Assembly (NCBI GenBank): GCA_001872315.1
Contig: MNVZ01000010.1
Span: forward strand, 1,057 to 65,056
Length of the DNA: 64,000 nt
DNA from: Candidatus Pacearchaeota archaeon CG1_02_39_14
Lineage (GTDB): Archaea; Nanobdellota; Nanobdellia; Pacearchaeales; GW2011-AR1
Direction: 5' to 3'
Part shown: positions 37,684 through 47,315 of the stretch, piece after piece
Numbering within the stretch: the stretch's first letter is position 1
Layout of the letters: each line of letters starts with the position of its first letter
Translations under genes and position numbers: made by a program
The notes under the pieces: generated by a model
The model's database searches: none
The model's input: the letters and a program-made list of their open reading frames with translations, nothing else
Told to the model about the DNA's origin: nothing

Positions 37684-37970
37684 CTTCTGAAAACAAAAGA
37701 CCCTTACCTGAAGCCATAAGAAAAGGATTGATGGATCCTAAAAGATGGGAAGGCATTCCGCAGTATGAATCTCTTCTTGACAGGCTTGTAAAAACCTTTC
37801 CTCCTGATCTAATCGAGAGGGTAGTGAATGATATTGATTCCATGTATCAGGATTCAAATCCTCCAACAAGAGAACAGCTTGAGAAAAGATTGGAAGGCAA
37901 CACGGACATCACTTATGTTACTGCAATGAAGCTTGAATATAATTTAAGAATGAGAAAACAAGATTTATAA
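37680..37970 (+). CDS. hypothetical protein
   Basis: 96 aa ORF with translational coupling and coding-like composition. Confidence 0.4.
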   Translation: MTSENKRPLPEAIRKGLMDPKRWEGIPQYESLLDRLVKTFPPDLIERVVNDIDSMYQDSNPPTREQLEKRLEGNTDITYVTAMKLEYNLRMRKQDL

Positions 37971-37992
37971 TCCCGTTCTCCTTACCCCTTGA

Positions 37993-38238
37993 ATGAAAAG
38001 AGGCAATAATTATATTCTCCAGCAAACCTTGCTTTCTAATGAAAGGACCCTTTTATCATTCATAAGGACTGCAATGGCTTCCCTTATTTTCGGATTTGCC
38101 CTGCTGCAATTCGGCTCGTCAGTGCCAAAACTAATATCAATAGGATATTCAGCACTCGCAGTCGGGATAATATTCATCCTTGTAGGCCTGACACATTACC
38201 ATATAAACAAGGACAAAATCCTGGGTAAAAGGCAATAA
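37993..38238 (+). CDS. DUF202 (YidH-like) membrane protein
   Basis: 81 aa with a conserved SNERTLLSFIRTAMA block followed by two TM helices. Confidence 0.5.
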   Translation: MKRGNNYILQQTLLSNERTLLSFIRTAMASLIFGFALLQFGSSVPKLISIGYSALAVGIIFILVGLTHYHINKDKILGKRQ

Positions 38239-38269
38239 TCCATAAATACTTGCAATTTTCTTCCTGTAT

Positions 38270-39427
38270 ATGCTCCCATGTAAAATCTGCGGCCAGGAAA
38301 ACTGCAAGAAGCATTCCTTTTTGCTTCCAAGTACAAAAAGAACAGAATTTTCCGGGTCATCCCCTCCGGAAATATTTGTAGGTAAATGGAATTATCCGGA
38401 TGTCTACACCGGGATTTTAGCGCCTGAAACCTACGGGAATAATGAGATAATGTCCTCTCCTGAATTATGGCACTCTAAAAAGTTACAGATTCCCGATATA
38501 ATGTCCTTGAGAAACCAGTTGATTTACACAAGAAAACAGAATAATATCAAAAAACTTAATACAAAATTCCATCAGACATTTAATGAGATAGCAATGACCC
38601 ATAAGTCTGTGGCTACAGAATTCAGATTAAAAAAACCCTCCTCTCTTACAAGCCACCCAGATTCAAGAGTTCCTTTGATATCAAGAGCAGCCCCTTTGGA
38701 TTCTGTAAAAATTCAGGAAAACACAAAGATAAAGAAAAAAATAGACTATCTCGTAAACGACACGGACATAAAATCAGCTCCGGCAATTCTTGAACTCCAT
38801 AAATCAGGAATCCAGATATCAAACATAATAAAAATTCTTTCCGCTGGCCTTCTTGGACTAAAAAAGAACCGCCGTTTAGTTCCAACAAGATGGAGCATCA
38901 CTGCAACAGATGACACTATCTCAAAAAACAAGCTGGAAAAGATACGTTATTTCCCGGAGATATCAGAATTTCAGGTTTTCAACGCCGAATATTTAGGAAA
39001 CCATTACGAATTCCTTCTCCTTCCGGATAAATATTCCTTTGAGGTAATGGAGATTTCAATGAAAAACTTTTCTGTTTGGAACGATTATGAAACTTTTTTT
39101 CCTAGAAAAAAATACGCAGATTCGGTTACAGGAGCTTATTATGCAAATCGTCTTGCCCTTGTGGAATACCTGGAAAAAATAAAGCGCCAGGCTTCATGCA
39201 TTGTCATGCGTGAAATCCGTCCTGAGTATTATGCCCCTTGCGGCGTCGGCATATTAAGAGAAGCAAGCCGTGCAGCTTTTCAGCAAAAGGTCAAGACCTT
39301 TCCAACGCTAAAACTTGCCCTTGAAGACATACAGGCAAGATTAAGGCTGAATGTGAAAAATTTCACACAGAGCTCATGGTTATTAGATAATTACGGCAAG
39401 CAAACCAAATTAAGCAGGTTCTTCTAA
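38270..39427 (+). CDS. NreA-like DNA repair protein with C-terminal PCNA-interacting (PIP) box
   Basis: 385 aa with an N-terminal CxxC (CKICGQENC). The extreme C-terminus QTKLSRFF matches the canonical PIP box Qxx(L/I/M)xxFF, as described for the archaeal NreA family. Confidence 0.4.
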   Translation: MLPCKICGQENCKKHSFLLPSTKRTEFSGSSPPEIFVGKWNYPDVYTGILAPETYGNNEIMSSPELWHSKKLQIPDIMSLRNQLIYTRKQNNIKKLNTKFHQTFNEIAMTHKSVATEFRLKKPSSLTSHPDSRVPLISRAAPLDSVKIQENTKIKKKIDYLVNDTDIKSAPAILELHKSGIQISNIIKILSAGLLGLKKNRRLVPTRWSITATDDTISKNKLEKIRYFPEISEFQVFNAEYLGNHYEFLLLPDKYSFEVMEISMKNFSVWNDYETFFPRKKYADSVTGAYYANRLALVEYLEKIKRQASCIVMREIRPEYYAPCGVGILREASRAAFQQKVKTFPTLKLALEDIQARLRLNVKNFTQSSWLLDNYGKQTKLSRFF

Positions 39428-39996
39428 TCTTTCTTCTTTCCGCTTGCACCTATTCTCTTCAAAACTTCTTTGATGTTTTTATTCAGCTGCTCCATTGCGG
39501 CCTCAAGTTCAGCCCGGCTCTTCGTTCCTGTACACACCAATTTCCCATTCGAGAAAAGCAGGAAGGTCGTTGTAGGCTCGTCAAGCTTGTACACAAGTCC
39601 AGGAAACTGCTCTGGCTCATATTCCGTGTTCTCCAGCTCCAAAGCAAGAATATTAAGGTTAAGATCGACGTCAATGCTTCCGGAGGCAACTATGTTCTGC
39701 ACAGTTATCTTCGGCTTGTCCGTTATCTTAACCCCAATTTTAGCAAGCGTCTTTATCACCTGCTCAATCACCTCTTTAACCTGCGCGACCGACTTAGTGC
39801 CAGTACACACAAGATTCCCCGAAGAGAACACCAAAACCGCGGACTTCGGCTTCTGGATTCTCAAAACCAGTCCAGGAAATTGCTCGGGGTTATATTCTGT
39901 ATTGCTGTTGCTCCTTGCCAATTTTGTCAGGGAAACAGGCTTGCCCAAAGAAGATGTAGCGACAATGTTCTGCACTTTTAAATTTGATCTTGCCAT
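39424..39996 (-). CDS. tbp: TATA-box-binding protein
   Basis: 190 aa with two TBP repeats (QNIVATSSLG...LVCTGTKS and QNIVASGSID...LVCTGTKS). Confidence 0.9.
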   Translation of the reverse strand: MARSNLKVQNIVATSSLGKPVSLTKLARSNSNTEYNPEQFPGLVLRIQKPKSAVLVFSSGNLVCTGTKSVAQVKEVIEQVIKTLAKIGVKITDKPKITVQNIVASGSIDVDLNLNILALELENTEYEPEQFPGLVYKLDEPTTTFLLFSNGKLVCTGTKSRAELEAAMEQLNKNIKEVLKRIGASGKKKD

Positions 39997-40074
39997 ATTG
40001 ATACAGCATTTATAAATAAAATCCTTTTATAAAGGTTTCGAGAATAAGAAAAAAATAAAAAAATAAAGAAAGTA

Positions 40075-40893
40075 TTAATTACGCAGCTCTGAATTGATTC
40101 TCTTCAGGTCCTGATACGCGTCAAGGATATATCTGTTTCCTTCCTTGATAAATGCATATCCCTCTCTGAATAATCTGTCAGCATCCTGCAGGCTGTTTAT
40201 TTGTCCGAAGCTGTTTTTTGCCTTGTTGTATTCTGCTTCAGCCAGGTCTCTCTTGGCTTTCGCATCCTCAATCAAAGCTTCTGCCTCTGTAACATCCTTT
40301 CCTGCATTTCTTGCTCTCTCCGTTTCCTGTTCAGCTACTACAATTGCCTTGTCTGCTTCTTCTAAAAGCCACTGGGCTCTCGCATTCAGAATCTGTCCCG
40401 TATAATCTTTCAGATTAACTCTGATTTGATTTCTCCATCTGTCCTGGACAGTTTTTCCTATTTCAACGAGCTCCTCTCTTGTGGCTCCTTCGACTTCAGC
40501 CTGCTTAGCTTCAAGCCATGCAATCTCAACATCGATTTCAGAGATTATTCTCTCCTTATCGGCAGCTTCAAGTGCCCAGTCAGATTCAACAAAAGCTCTC
40601 ATTCTTTCCAGGTGACTGATAGTGACGCCTATTGCCTTGTCCATGAAGTTTCCTGCTGCTTCAACAGTTGCCTGATGTCTTAGGCCATATCTCTGCCTGG
40701 CTTCAATTAGATTTTCCCTGGCATCCTGATACTCTCCGCTCATCTGGGCAAAATCTCCTCTTGCCTGGGCATATCTCTGCCTGGCTTCCCTATTTTCCTC
40801 TCTCAATCCCTGTGCGGCGACAAGAGGAACAATAGCTCCGGCAAAAAGCAAGCCTATCAAAAGCAAAGCTCCAAATTTCAAATTTGTTTCCAT
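40075..40893 (-). CDS. secreted coiled-coil protein, Ala/Glu/Arg-rich
   Basis: 272 aa with an N-terminal signal/anchor and heptad-like A/E/R/Q-rich repeats. Its GC is well above the local average. Confidence 0.5.
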   Translation of the reverse strand: METNLKFGALLLIGLLFAGAIVPLVAAQGLREENREARQRYAQARGDFAQMSGEYQDARENLIEARQRYGLRHQATVEAAGNFMDKAIGVTISHLERMRAFVESDWALEAADKERIISEIDVEIAWLEAKQAEVEGATREELVEIGKTVQDRWRNQIRVNLKDYTGQILNARAQWLLEEADKAIVVAEQETERARNAGKDVTEAEALIEDAKAKRDLAEAEYNKAKNSFGQINSLQDADRLFREGYAFIKEGNRYILDAYQDLKRINSELRN

Positions 40894-40986
40894 TTAGTTC
40901 TTACCTCCTTTCATCTTTCTTTCCATGCAAACACCAGATAATTTTACCTTTTAAAGATACTTTCAAAAAGCTTTACGAAAGCTTTC

Positions 40987-43014
40987 CTAAGAACTGACCT
41001 CAAATTCACCAAGGCCCTTTTGCATTGACTTATTTTTCAGGCTCAGAAATATAATAACAATTATTACAATTATTGCCAAAGTCAGTATGCCGACAACAAG
41101 CCAGAAATAAGCTTCAGAATCCCCTTCAGGGGCCTGGCATACACCAAGGCAGCATTCTCCATCCCTTGAGCTCGTAGTCCCTACAGAACAAACCATCCCA
41201 TTAGCACATACCTCTCCTCCCTGATCGCTGCAGCTCTGACTCTGAACCTGCACATTACATATCTGGGTTTCTAACGGCTTGCCTGCATTTGTCCCGCAGG
41301 AATTAGCATCACTGCATGAGCGAGTCTGCAATCCCGAACTACACTCTGTCCATGCAGTGCAACTCCAGAAAGAAGTGCAGGAAGTTGCATTGCCTGCAAA
41401 ATATTCAAATTCCCTTACACCCGAATTGCTTATCCCTGAAACTCTGTAATCTCCTCCTTCTTCAGTACACAAATAATCCCCGTGCAAAGTTCCATCACAG
41501 AAAACAGCATACTCGCCACTTCCCGTACATCCGGGGCTTATATCTTCAGCTTCGTCAGTCGCTCTGTCCCTTACACAAACAGCATTGCTGTCATTCATGA
41601 TTCTATCCAGATAAACTGCCTTTTCTAAATCAAGCCCATTTACAATCAAGTATCCAAAGCTATCGCTTTCGTTCTGCTTTATCATTTCAATTCTAGTTAA
41701 ATCCAGAATTTCATCGTCAAAATCAAACTCAAATTCAACTCTAACATCACTTCCCTCATTGAAGGTAAGATTCCTTGTTCCGTTAAAATCTCTTGAGATA
41801 TTAATTTCCCCGCCTGAATCGTGGAGGCTTACTTCAAAACTTGAATTGATATCATCCAAAAGCCCAATCACGCGGTTATTGTCATAATCGCATCGGTCAT
41901 AAGTAATATTGCCAGGAATATCTGTAACGCATGAGGAATTTGATAAATAGTATATTTGTCTAAACTCTCCTGGAAGACAGTTAGAAACATTTGCGATGAC
42001 TGAACCTATGCAAATTGCGCCCCTATTGCTGTCAAATCCTCCTCCGCTTCTTGAAACAATAAAATTCTTCGCGTTCTGCGTCTGATTGTAAAACACAGAA
42101 TTGGTTCCTGAAGTCACAAGTAAATCTGAACCACCCTTGCCGATACCAACAAAGTCAGTCCCATTCCCAAAAAGAACAGGAACAGATGCAGCCCCGTCAG
42201 GAGTGGGAAATTTAATATTCAGATATGTATTGCTGATAGATTCAAAAACAAAATTATGAGTCTTTCCTGGAAGTAAGTCCCCATAGGCTATATTGATAGT
42301 GCCATTGTTCCATGAAACATTTACTTGCTGGACAAGGCCTCCGAAACCTGCCCCATCCTTATCTGAAATACCAAACATATAGCTTCTGACAGGCAATTCA
42401 GTTCCCAACGGAAGAGTCAGCTTATTATGCAAATCATCAAAGACAATCCTGAATGGAGTTCCCTGGTTTCCAAAACTGAATCTGCCCCATTTATTTGAGC
42501 CATCAATATATATTTCATCAACTAACAAATCGATGCTTCCAAGATTGCAATACTCTCCTACTTTAGTTTCACATACCACATTAGAACTTACTTCGTTCTT
42601 AATTTCAACCAAATCAAAAAATCCATCGTTCATAAAATTGGCGCTGAGAAAATAGATTTCCCTGGTTGTTTTACAGGCCCCTTCAAAACAGCCAGCCGGG
42701 CAATCATAAGTCCTATAATCATAGCTTCTGCCGGGATTGCAGCTGTATTCCACAACCCTTGTCGAATTCAGGCAGAAATCATCCTTCTCAATAACTCTTT
42801 GATAATTGTAATTGTCCGAGGTCATCCTTCCCGGGGTGCTCGGATATATTCCCTGGTCACTGTCACTACAGCTTCCTGAAGGATTGTTTGGAGGTGCGAA
42901 TAGGACTATTCTGTCTTCCTTAACACTTCTAAGTATTCCTGTAAAAAGAACAGAATAGACTAAAAGCACAAGGACAACCCCGACAATAAAAAAATCCTTC
43001 AGCCTCTTCTCCAT
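40987..43014 (-). CDS. large cell-surface protein, C-terminally TM-anchored and rich in N-glycosylation sequons
   Basis: 675 aa with an N-terminal signal/TM, a long Cys-rich ectodomain, and about 20 N-x-S/T sequons. C-terminal TM (FWLVVGILTLAIIVIIVIIFL) followed by a short basic tail. Confidence 0.55.
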   Translation of the reverse strand: MEKRLKDFFIVGVVLVLLVYSVLFTGILRSVKEDRIVLFAPPNNPSGSCSDSDQGIYPSTPGRMTSDNYNYQRVIEKDDFCLNSTRVVEYSCNPGRSYDYRTYDCPAGCFEGACKTTREIYFLSANFMNDGFFDLVEIKNEVSSNVVCETKVGEYCNLGSIDLLVDEIYIDGSNKWGRFSFGNQGTPFRIVFDDLHNKLTLPLGTELPVRSYMFGISDKDGAGFGGLVQQVNVSWNNGTINIAYGDLLPGKTHNFVFESISNTYLNIKFPTPDGAASVPVLFGNGTDFVGIGKGGSDLLVTSGTNSVFYNQTQNAKNFIVSRSGGGFDSNRGAICIGSVIANVSNCLPGEFRQIYYLSNSSCVTDIPGNITYDRCDYDNNRVIGLLDDINSSFEVSLHDSGGEINISRDFNGTRNLTFNEGSDVRVEFEFDFDDEILDLTRIEMIKQNESDSFGYLIVNGLDLEKAVYLDRIMNDSNAVCVRDRATDEAEDISPGCTGSGEYAVFCDGTLHGDYLCTEEGGDYRVSGISNSGVREFEYFAGNATSCTSFWSCTAWTECSSGLQTRSCSDANSCGTNAGKPLETQICNVQVQSQSCSDQGGEVCANGMVCSVGTTSSRDGECCLGVCQAPEGDSEAYFWLVVGILTLAIIVIIVIIFLSLKNKSMQKGLGEFEVSS

Positions 43015-43044
43015 CAGATATACATAAGCAGGAGCTATATAAAA

Positions 43045-43302
43045 TTAATTCTCTTCAGCAGCATCTTTTTCCAGCAGCTCCTTTTTTCCTCTTATTGAAT
43101 TTCTTACAATAAGAAAAGAAACAAAAATGAGTGTGAGACAAAGACCAATAACTATAATCCAGAAATAAGCTGTAAAACCGGTATCCTGGGGGCTTAGAAG
43201 CACATTGCCTATAAAAAACCCTGTCTTTCTCAGGAGAAATAAAAGAGCGTCGGCAACGACCAACCACAAAAGTATAAGCCACCTTTCTCTATCCTTCATC
43301 AT
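43045..43302 (-). CDS. small membrane protein
   Basis: 85 aa with two TM helices. ATGA overlap with the DNA ligase stop. Confidence 0.4.
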   Translation of the reverse strand: MMKDRERWLILLWLVVADALLFLLRKTGFFIGNVLLSPQDTGFTAYFWIIVIGLCLTLIFVSFLIVRNSIRGKKELLEKDAAEEN

Positions 43303-44981
43303 TTCCTCTCCGCATCTTTCTTTATTTCATCAAGACTTGCGATATCATAAACTCCTCTTTCAGGTCTGTAATGCATAATCCTCGGAAATCTCAAGGCATA
43401 TCCCGAAGAGTATCCGGGGCTTTTTTGTATATTCTGATACGTGACTGAAACAACAACTTTAGGCTTAATAAAAACCTTTCTTCCACTGGTCTTTGTAATT
43501 AAAGGTCTTAAGATTTTATCCATCTCCTTGTAAGTTACCCCCTCTCCCTCTTTTTCTTTCAATCCCGAGCTAACTCTCCCAACTTCAAGAAATCCATTTT
43601 CCTTGTCCTTGCAGGCAACATAAAAGCTTGTCAGCCCTCCCGCCCTTTTTCCTGTTCCGTATTCAGCGCCAACAATCACCAAATCCAAGTCAGCAACTAC
43701 AGGCTTCATCTTGACAATAAATCCTACTCTTCTTCCTGGTCTGTAAATAGCATCCAAGCTCTTTATCATAACTCCCTCCTCCCCTGTTCTCAAGGCCTCC
43801 TTGTAAAATTCATCTATCTTCTTTTTGTCTTCAGAAATAATCTGTGTTGCAGGCCTTATCTTAAAGTGCTCTGCCTTTATTATCTTCTCAAGTAGTTTCC
43901 TCCTTTTGATAAATGGAATGTCCATCACAGTATTACCGTTGTGATAGAGAACATCAAAGACATTTATCTCTACAGGCAGTTCCTTCACAAGTTTCTCAAT
44001 ATCGTGCTTCCTTTTGATCCTCTGGCTTATTGCCTCGAAGGGCATGTATTTCTTTGTCTTAGGGTCATAACCTACAACCTCTGTATCAAGAATAAAGCTT
44101 TTGCCTTTGACATGACTTTTTACAACATTTACAATATCAGGAAACTGATTTGTGACATTATCCAGCTTTCTTGTAAAAAGCATAACGTTTTTCCCATCGT
44201 AACTTATGACGACCCTGAATCCGTCATACTTATGCTCAACAGCAACTTTTTCCCCGCATATTCTAAGAGCTTCATCGATTTCAGTCACTTTTACAGGAAG
44301 CATGACCTTTATCGGTCTGCCTGGCCTTATCTCCGTAGATTTGAGCTTTGTTTTCCCTTTTCCTGCGAGCTCAAATACTTCTGCAAAATCGTTAGTCCTG
44401 TCGTAAGCCTCTTCGACATCAGCTTCCATTTCCTCCCCATCAAAGAATGTCTTGGAAATTGCGTCCCTCAATATGGCATCTGCAACACCTACCCTTAAAT
44501 CATTCAGTAATGTCCTTATTATGTACTTGGCTTCTTTCCCTGAAGCGCTTCCCAAAAGCTCTGCTATCAATCCAAGTTTCTTGTCAACACTTCCCTTTCC
44601 CTGAAGGCCCATAATTTTTCTTAGGTTATCAAAAACTTTTTCTGTTTTTAGGCAGGCGGAAAACAAAGTGCTCTGGCTCTTCTGTCCTAAAAGCTTCTCT
44701 GCTATCTCTCCTAAATCCCCTATCTTTCTATACTCGCTGACAACCCTTGAATCCGAAACGCCTGAAACTCTTGAAATTGCTTTTATTGTCAGTTTTCCTG
44801 AAATCCCAAACTCTCTCTCATCATAATCAGCAACAACCCTCCCCCTCAAAAGATATATCCACTCGCTCTTTCCCCTTTTCTTAAGCTCCTTTAAAAAATT
44901 CGCAAGAATTCCAACTTTCTCAAGCTTCTTTGTTGTTCCGGCAAGTTTTTCATAAAGCTCAACAAATTCTGAATATTTCAT
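43299..44981 (-). CDS. lig: ATP-dependent DNA ligase
   Basis: 560 aa with adenylation motif I (VEHKYDGFR) plus an OB-fold domain. Archaeal/eukaryal ligase architecture. Confidence 0.85.
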   Translation of the reverse strand: MKYSEFVELYEKLAGTTKKLEKVGILANFLKELKKRGKSEWIYLLRGRVVADYDEREFGISGKLTIKAISRVSGVSDSRVVSEYRKIGDLGEIAEKLLGQKSQSTLFSACLKTEKVFDNLRKIMGLQGKGSVDKKLGLIAELLGSASGKEAKYIIRTLLNDLRVGVADAILRDAISKTFFDGEEMEADVEEAYDRTNDFAEVFELAGKGKTKLKSTEIRPGRPIKVMLPVKVTEIDEALRICGEKVAVEHKYDGFRVVISYDGKNVMLFTRKLDNVTNQFPDIVNVVKSHVKGKSFILDTEVVGYDPKTKKYMPFEAISQRIKRKHDIEKLVKELPVEINVFDVLYHNGNTVMDIPFIKRRKLLEKIIKAEHFKIRPATQIISEDKKKIDEFYKEALRTGEEGVMIKSLDAIYRPGRRVGFIVKMKPVVADLDLVIVGAEYGTGKRAGGLTSFYVACKDKENGFLEVGRVSSGLKEKEGEGVTYKEMDKILRPLITKTSGRKVFIKPKVVVSVTYQNIQKSPGYSSGYALRFPRIMHYRPERGVYDIASLDEIKKDAERK

Positions 44982-45029
44982 AACTCATTAAAATAAAAAA
45001 GCTATTTAATCTTTGTCTATTATCACAAT

Positions 45030-45731
45030 TTACAGCCATCCTTTTCTCCTTATGCCTCCGTCCCATATCTGAAAATTAAATACCTCCTCCTTAAGATTCC
45101 TGTGCTTCTTCAGAAAAGCCGACCTCCTTCCCCTATCGTTGGTTAATTCTATGAGGCACTTGCTCCAGTATTGCATTATATCTCCCCCTACCATCCCCAT
45201 TTTTCCGTCCCAGTTATAGACCTGATTTGTGGCTATGACAGGAATTCCCCTTTTTCTTGCGATTTCGGCAAGAATCCTCATCTGCCTTGCAAGTTCTGAA
45301 TTTACTTTTTGTACCTCTCCATTATTTGTTTCTCTTGCGCTTGCAAGCTCAAGCCTATAAAGCATAGTCATTCCATCGACAATGATTAAAGAGACTTCAT
45401 TTTTCAGGTGTTTCAAAAGTTCATCAAAAGATTTTTTCTGCTCATCAAAATTTGTAGGGTTCAGGATAAGAATATTTTCCAGCACTTTTTTGTAATCGGT
45501 TTCCTCTCCGACAAGCTGTTTGACTCTTTCGGAGCTGAATCCCCCCTCTGTATCCACATAAATAACCTTCTTCCCCTTTTTTGCCTGTGAAACTGCAGCC
45601 AGCAGGCAAAAGTTTGTCTTCCCCGTTCCAGGGCCCCCATAGAGGGTTGTGATAATATCACTCTCATAGCCACCATGCAGCCACCTGTTCAAATCATAGC
45701 TTCCCGCAGACAATTTCATATCAGTTACCAA
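45030..45731 (-). CDS. radB: RadB-like RecA-superfamily ATPase
   Basis: 233 aa with Walker A (GGPGTGKT), typical RadB length and KaiC/RadA-like core. Confidence 0.7.
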   Translation of the reverse strand: MVTDMKLSAGSYDLNRWLHGGYESDIITTLYGGPGTGKTNFCLLAAVSQAKKGKKVIYVDTEGGFSSERVKQLVGEETDYKKVLENILILNPTNFDEQKKSFDELLKHLKNEVSLIIVDGMTMLYRLELASARETNNGEVQKVNSELARQMRILAEIARKRGIPVIATNQVYNWDGKMGMVGGDIMQYWSKCLIELTNDRGRRSAFLKKHRNLKEEVFNFQIWDGGIRRKGWL

Positions 45732-45749
45732 TGCAAAGAGGTTATAAAA

Positions 45750-45962
45750 TTACCTGTGTCTCTTCTTTCCCCTAAAGGACAAGGCAACAAATACCAAGCC
45801 AAGAAGCATAACGGCTCCAAAAAGAATTCCAAGATTGGGATTGTACGCTGGAGGGCTAAAAAGAATATTTATTCCTAGCGCAAGTATCGCCCCGAAAACG
45901 CTCAGCACGAGACCTATGCAGACAGATGCAACAAGCACAACTGACAGCAAGCCATCATCCAT
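45750..45962 (-). CDS. small two-TM membrane protein
   Basis: 70 aa hydrophobic ORF with a basic C-terminus. Confidence 0.3.
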   Translation of the reverse strand: MDDGLLSVVLVASVCIGLVLSVFGAILALGINILFSPPAYNPNLGILFGAVMLLGLVFVALSFRGKKRHR

Positions 45963-46103
45963 TAAATAATAAAAAACCAGAACTTATAAACTTATAGGAA
46001 ACTGCGCCCCCTATGCCTCCTCATAAAAAATTTCACTTGAGAATTTCATAAAAGCACATAAAAATACATAAAATCCTCAATAATTAAAAAAGTCTTGCTG
46101 GAT

Positions 46104-46316
46104 TCACCTTCTCTTTCTTCTCTTAGGTCTGGAAGAAGATCTAGGCATCTCCTTCATACGGCAGTTAGCGCAGGATTTGCAAGCCCAAGCATGTATCAAA
46201 AGCAGAATTGCAGCAATCACCACAATCCACTGCGAGTACATCCAATCAGCCCATAGAGCAAAGACTATTATTACAAGAGCAAGAACAGTCTCGGTCCATT
46301 TACAATTACAGTTCAT
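46104..46316 (-). CDS. small Cys-containing membrane protein
   Basis: 70 aa with an N-terminal CNC, a central TM, and CKSCANC followed by an RRKRR tail. Confidence 0.3.
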   Translation of the reverse strand: MNCNCKWTETVLALVIIVFALWADWMYSQWIVVIAAILLLIHAWACKSCANCRMKEMPRSSSRPKRRKRR

Positions 46317-46366
46317 TTAACACCTCCTTTATGTTATTTATTGAATACTCTTAATAAATCTAACTA

Positions 46367-46618
46367 TCACTTAACTGCCTTAACAATCTTCTCGGCATCC
46401 TTCTTCACGGCAGAAACAGCATCACTTATTGCCTTTTTCACAGTTCCCTTGTCGCTCTCAATTCTGAAAAAAACAGGCTTGGCAGGATGCTCTCTTCTCC
46501 ATGCAGCAAACTTAATTCCTTCCTGATTTAAATAAGCCCTTAGAACTTCTGCAACAGTCACATTATCAACTTTAAGCTCAATCAAATCCTTTTCATGATT
46601 CAATATCTCAACGTTCAT
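46367..46618 (-). CDS. rpoL: DNA-directed RNA polymerase subunit L (Rpb11-like)
   Basis: 83 aa with an RpoL-like pattern (EILNHEKDLIELKV...VTVAEVLRAYL...FAAWRREHP...FRIESD). Confidence 0.55.
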   Translation of the reverse strand: MNVEILNHEKDLIELKVDNVTVAEVLRAYLNQEGIKFAAWRREHPAKPVFFRIESDKGTVKKAISDAVSAVKKDAEKIVKAVK

Positions 46619-46652
46619 GTCAATCAGATAAAATGAGTATTTTTAAAGGTTT

Positions 46653-47240
46653 CTAATCGATGACCTCAATCTCATCCCCGAAGATATCTGCCTTGTCTTC
46701 CTCTTGTTTGCCATCGCGCCTGACTCTTTCAATAGCTTCCTGCACCCTGCTCTTTTCCTTCCTCCCCTCTTCAGCTTTCTGGAGTTCAGCCAGATTAACA
46801 TTTCCAATAGAATTTTCCTTTCTCAAAACAATATTCAGTGCCTTCTCAATCTTTATTACCAAGGCAAAGTTATCCTCCGGCAATCCTCCGTTCTCAATCA
46901 CTTTTAACCTTTCTTCCGTCTCTCCAAGCTTGTCAGCAAACTGCTTCCTGCTCATCCCCAGCCCCCTTCTTTTCTTTAAAATTTCCCAATGGAAGTTATC
47001 CTTCAGTTCTTTTGCGACATTATTTTTTTTATAAGCTGCTTTTCTCCAAACATCAAACCTGTCCCTCTTTGGTTCAGAAAATCTAGTTAAATCCAGCGTC
47101 TTTTGGGGCCTCAAGCTGGTTTCTACATCCTTATTAACAACCTCCGGGACATTCCTTAAAACAAAAAGCTCCTCTGCTCTTGCCTGCTCCTCACTAACCC
47201 TCACAATTTCACCCTCTTTTATCGCCTCAACAATCTTCAT
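46653..47240 (-). CDS. HTH (XRE/Cro-C1-type) domain protein
   Basis: 195 aa with a central HTH (LKKRRGLGMSRKQFADKLGETEERLKVIENG) and a charged C-terminal tail. Confidence 0.5.
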   Translation of the reverse strand: MKIVEAIKEGEIVRVSEEQARAEELFVLRNVPEVVNKDVETSLRPQKTLDLTRFSEPKRDRFDVWRKAAYKKNNVAKELKDNFHWEILKKRRGLGMSRKQFADKLGETEERLKVIENGGLPEDNFALVIKIEKALNIVLRKENSIGNVNLAELQKAEEGRKEKSRVQEAIERVRRDGKQEEDKADIFGDEIEVID

Positions 47241-47315
47241 TATAAACCATCATAGTTCGCATTTAAATTAATTATGGTTTTGAATTATCCAATTTCAATT
47301 AAGAAAAAACTAAGA

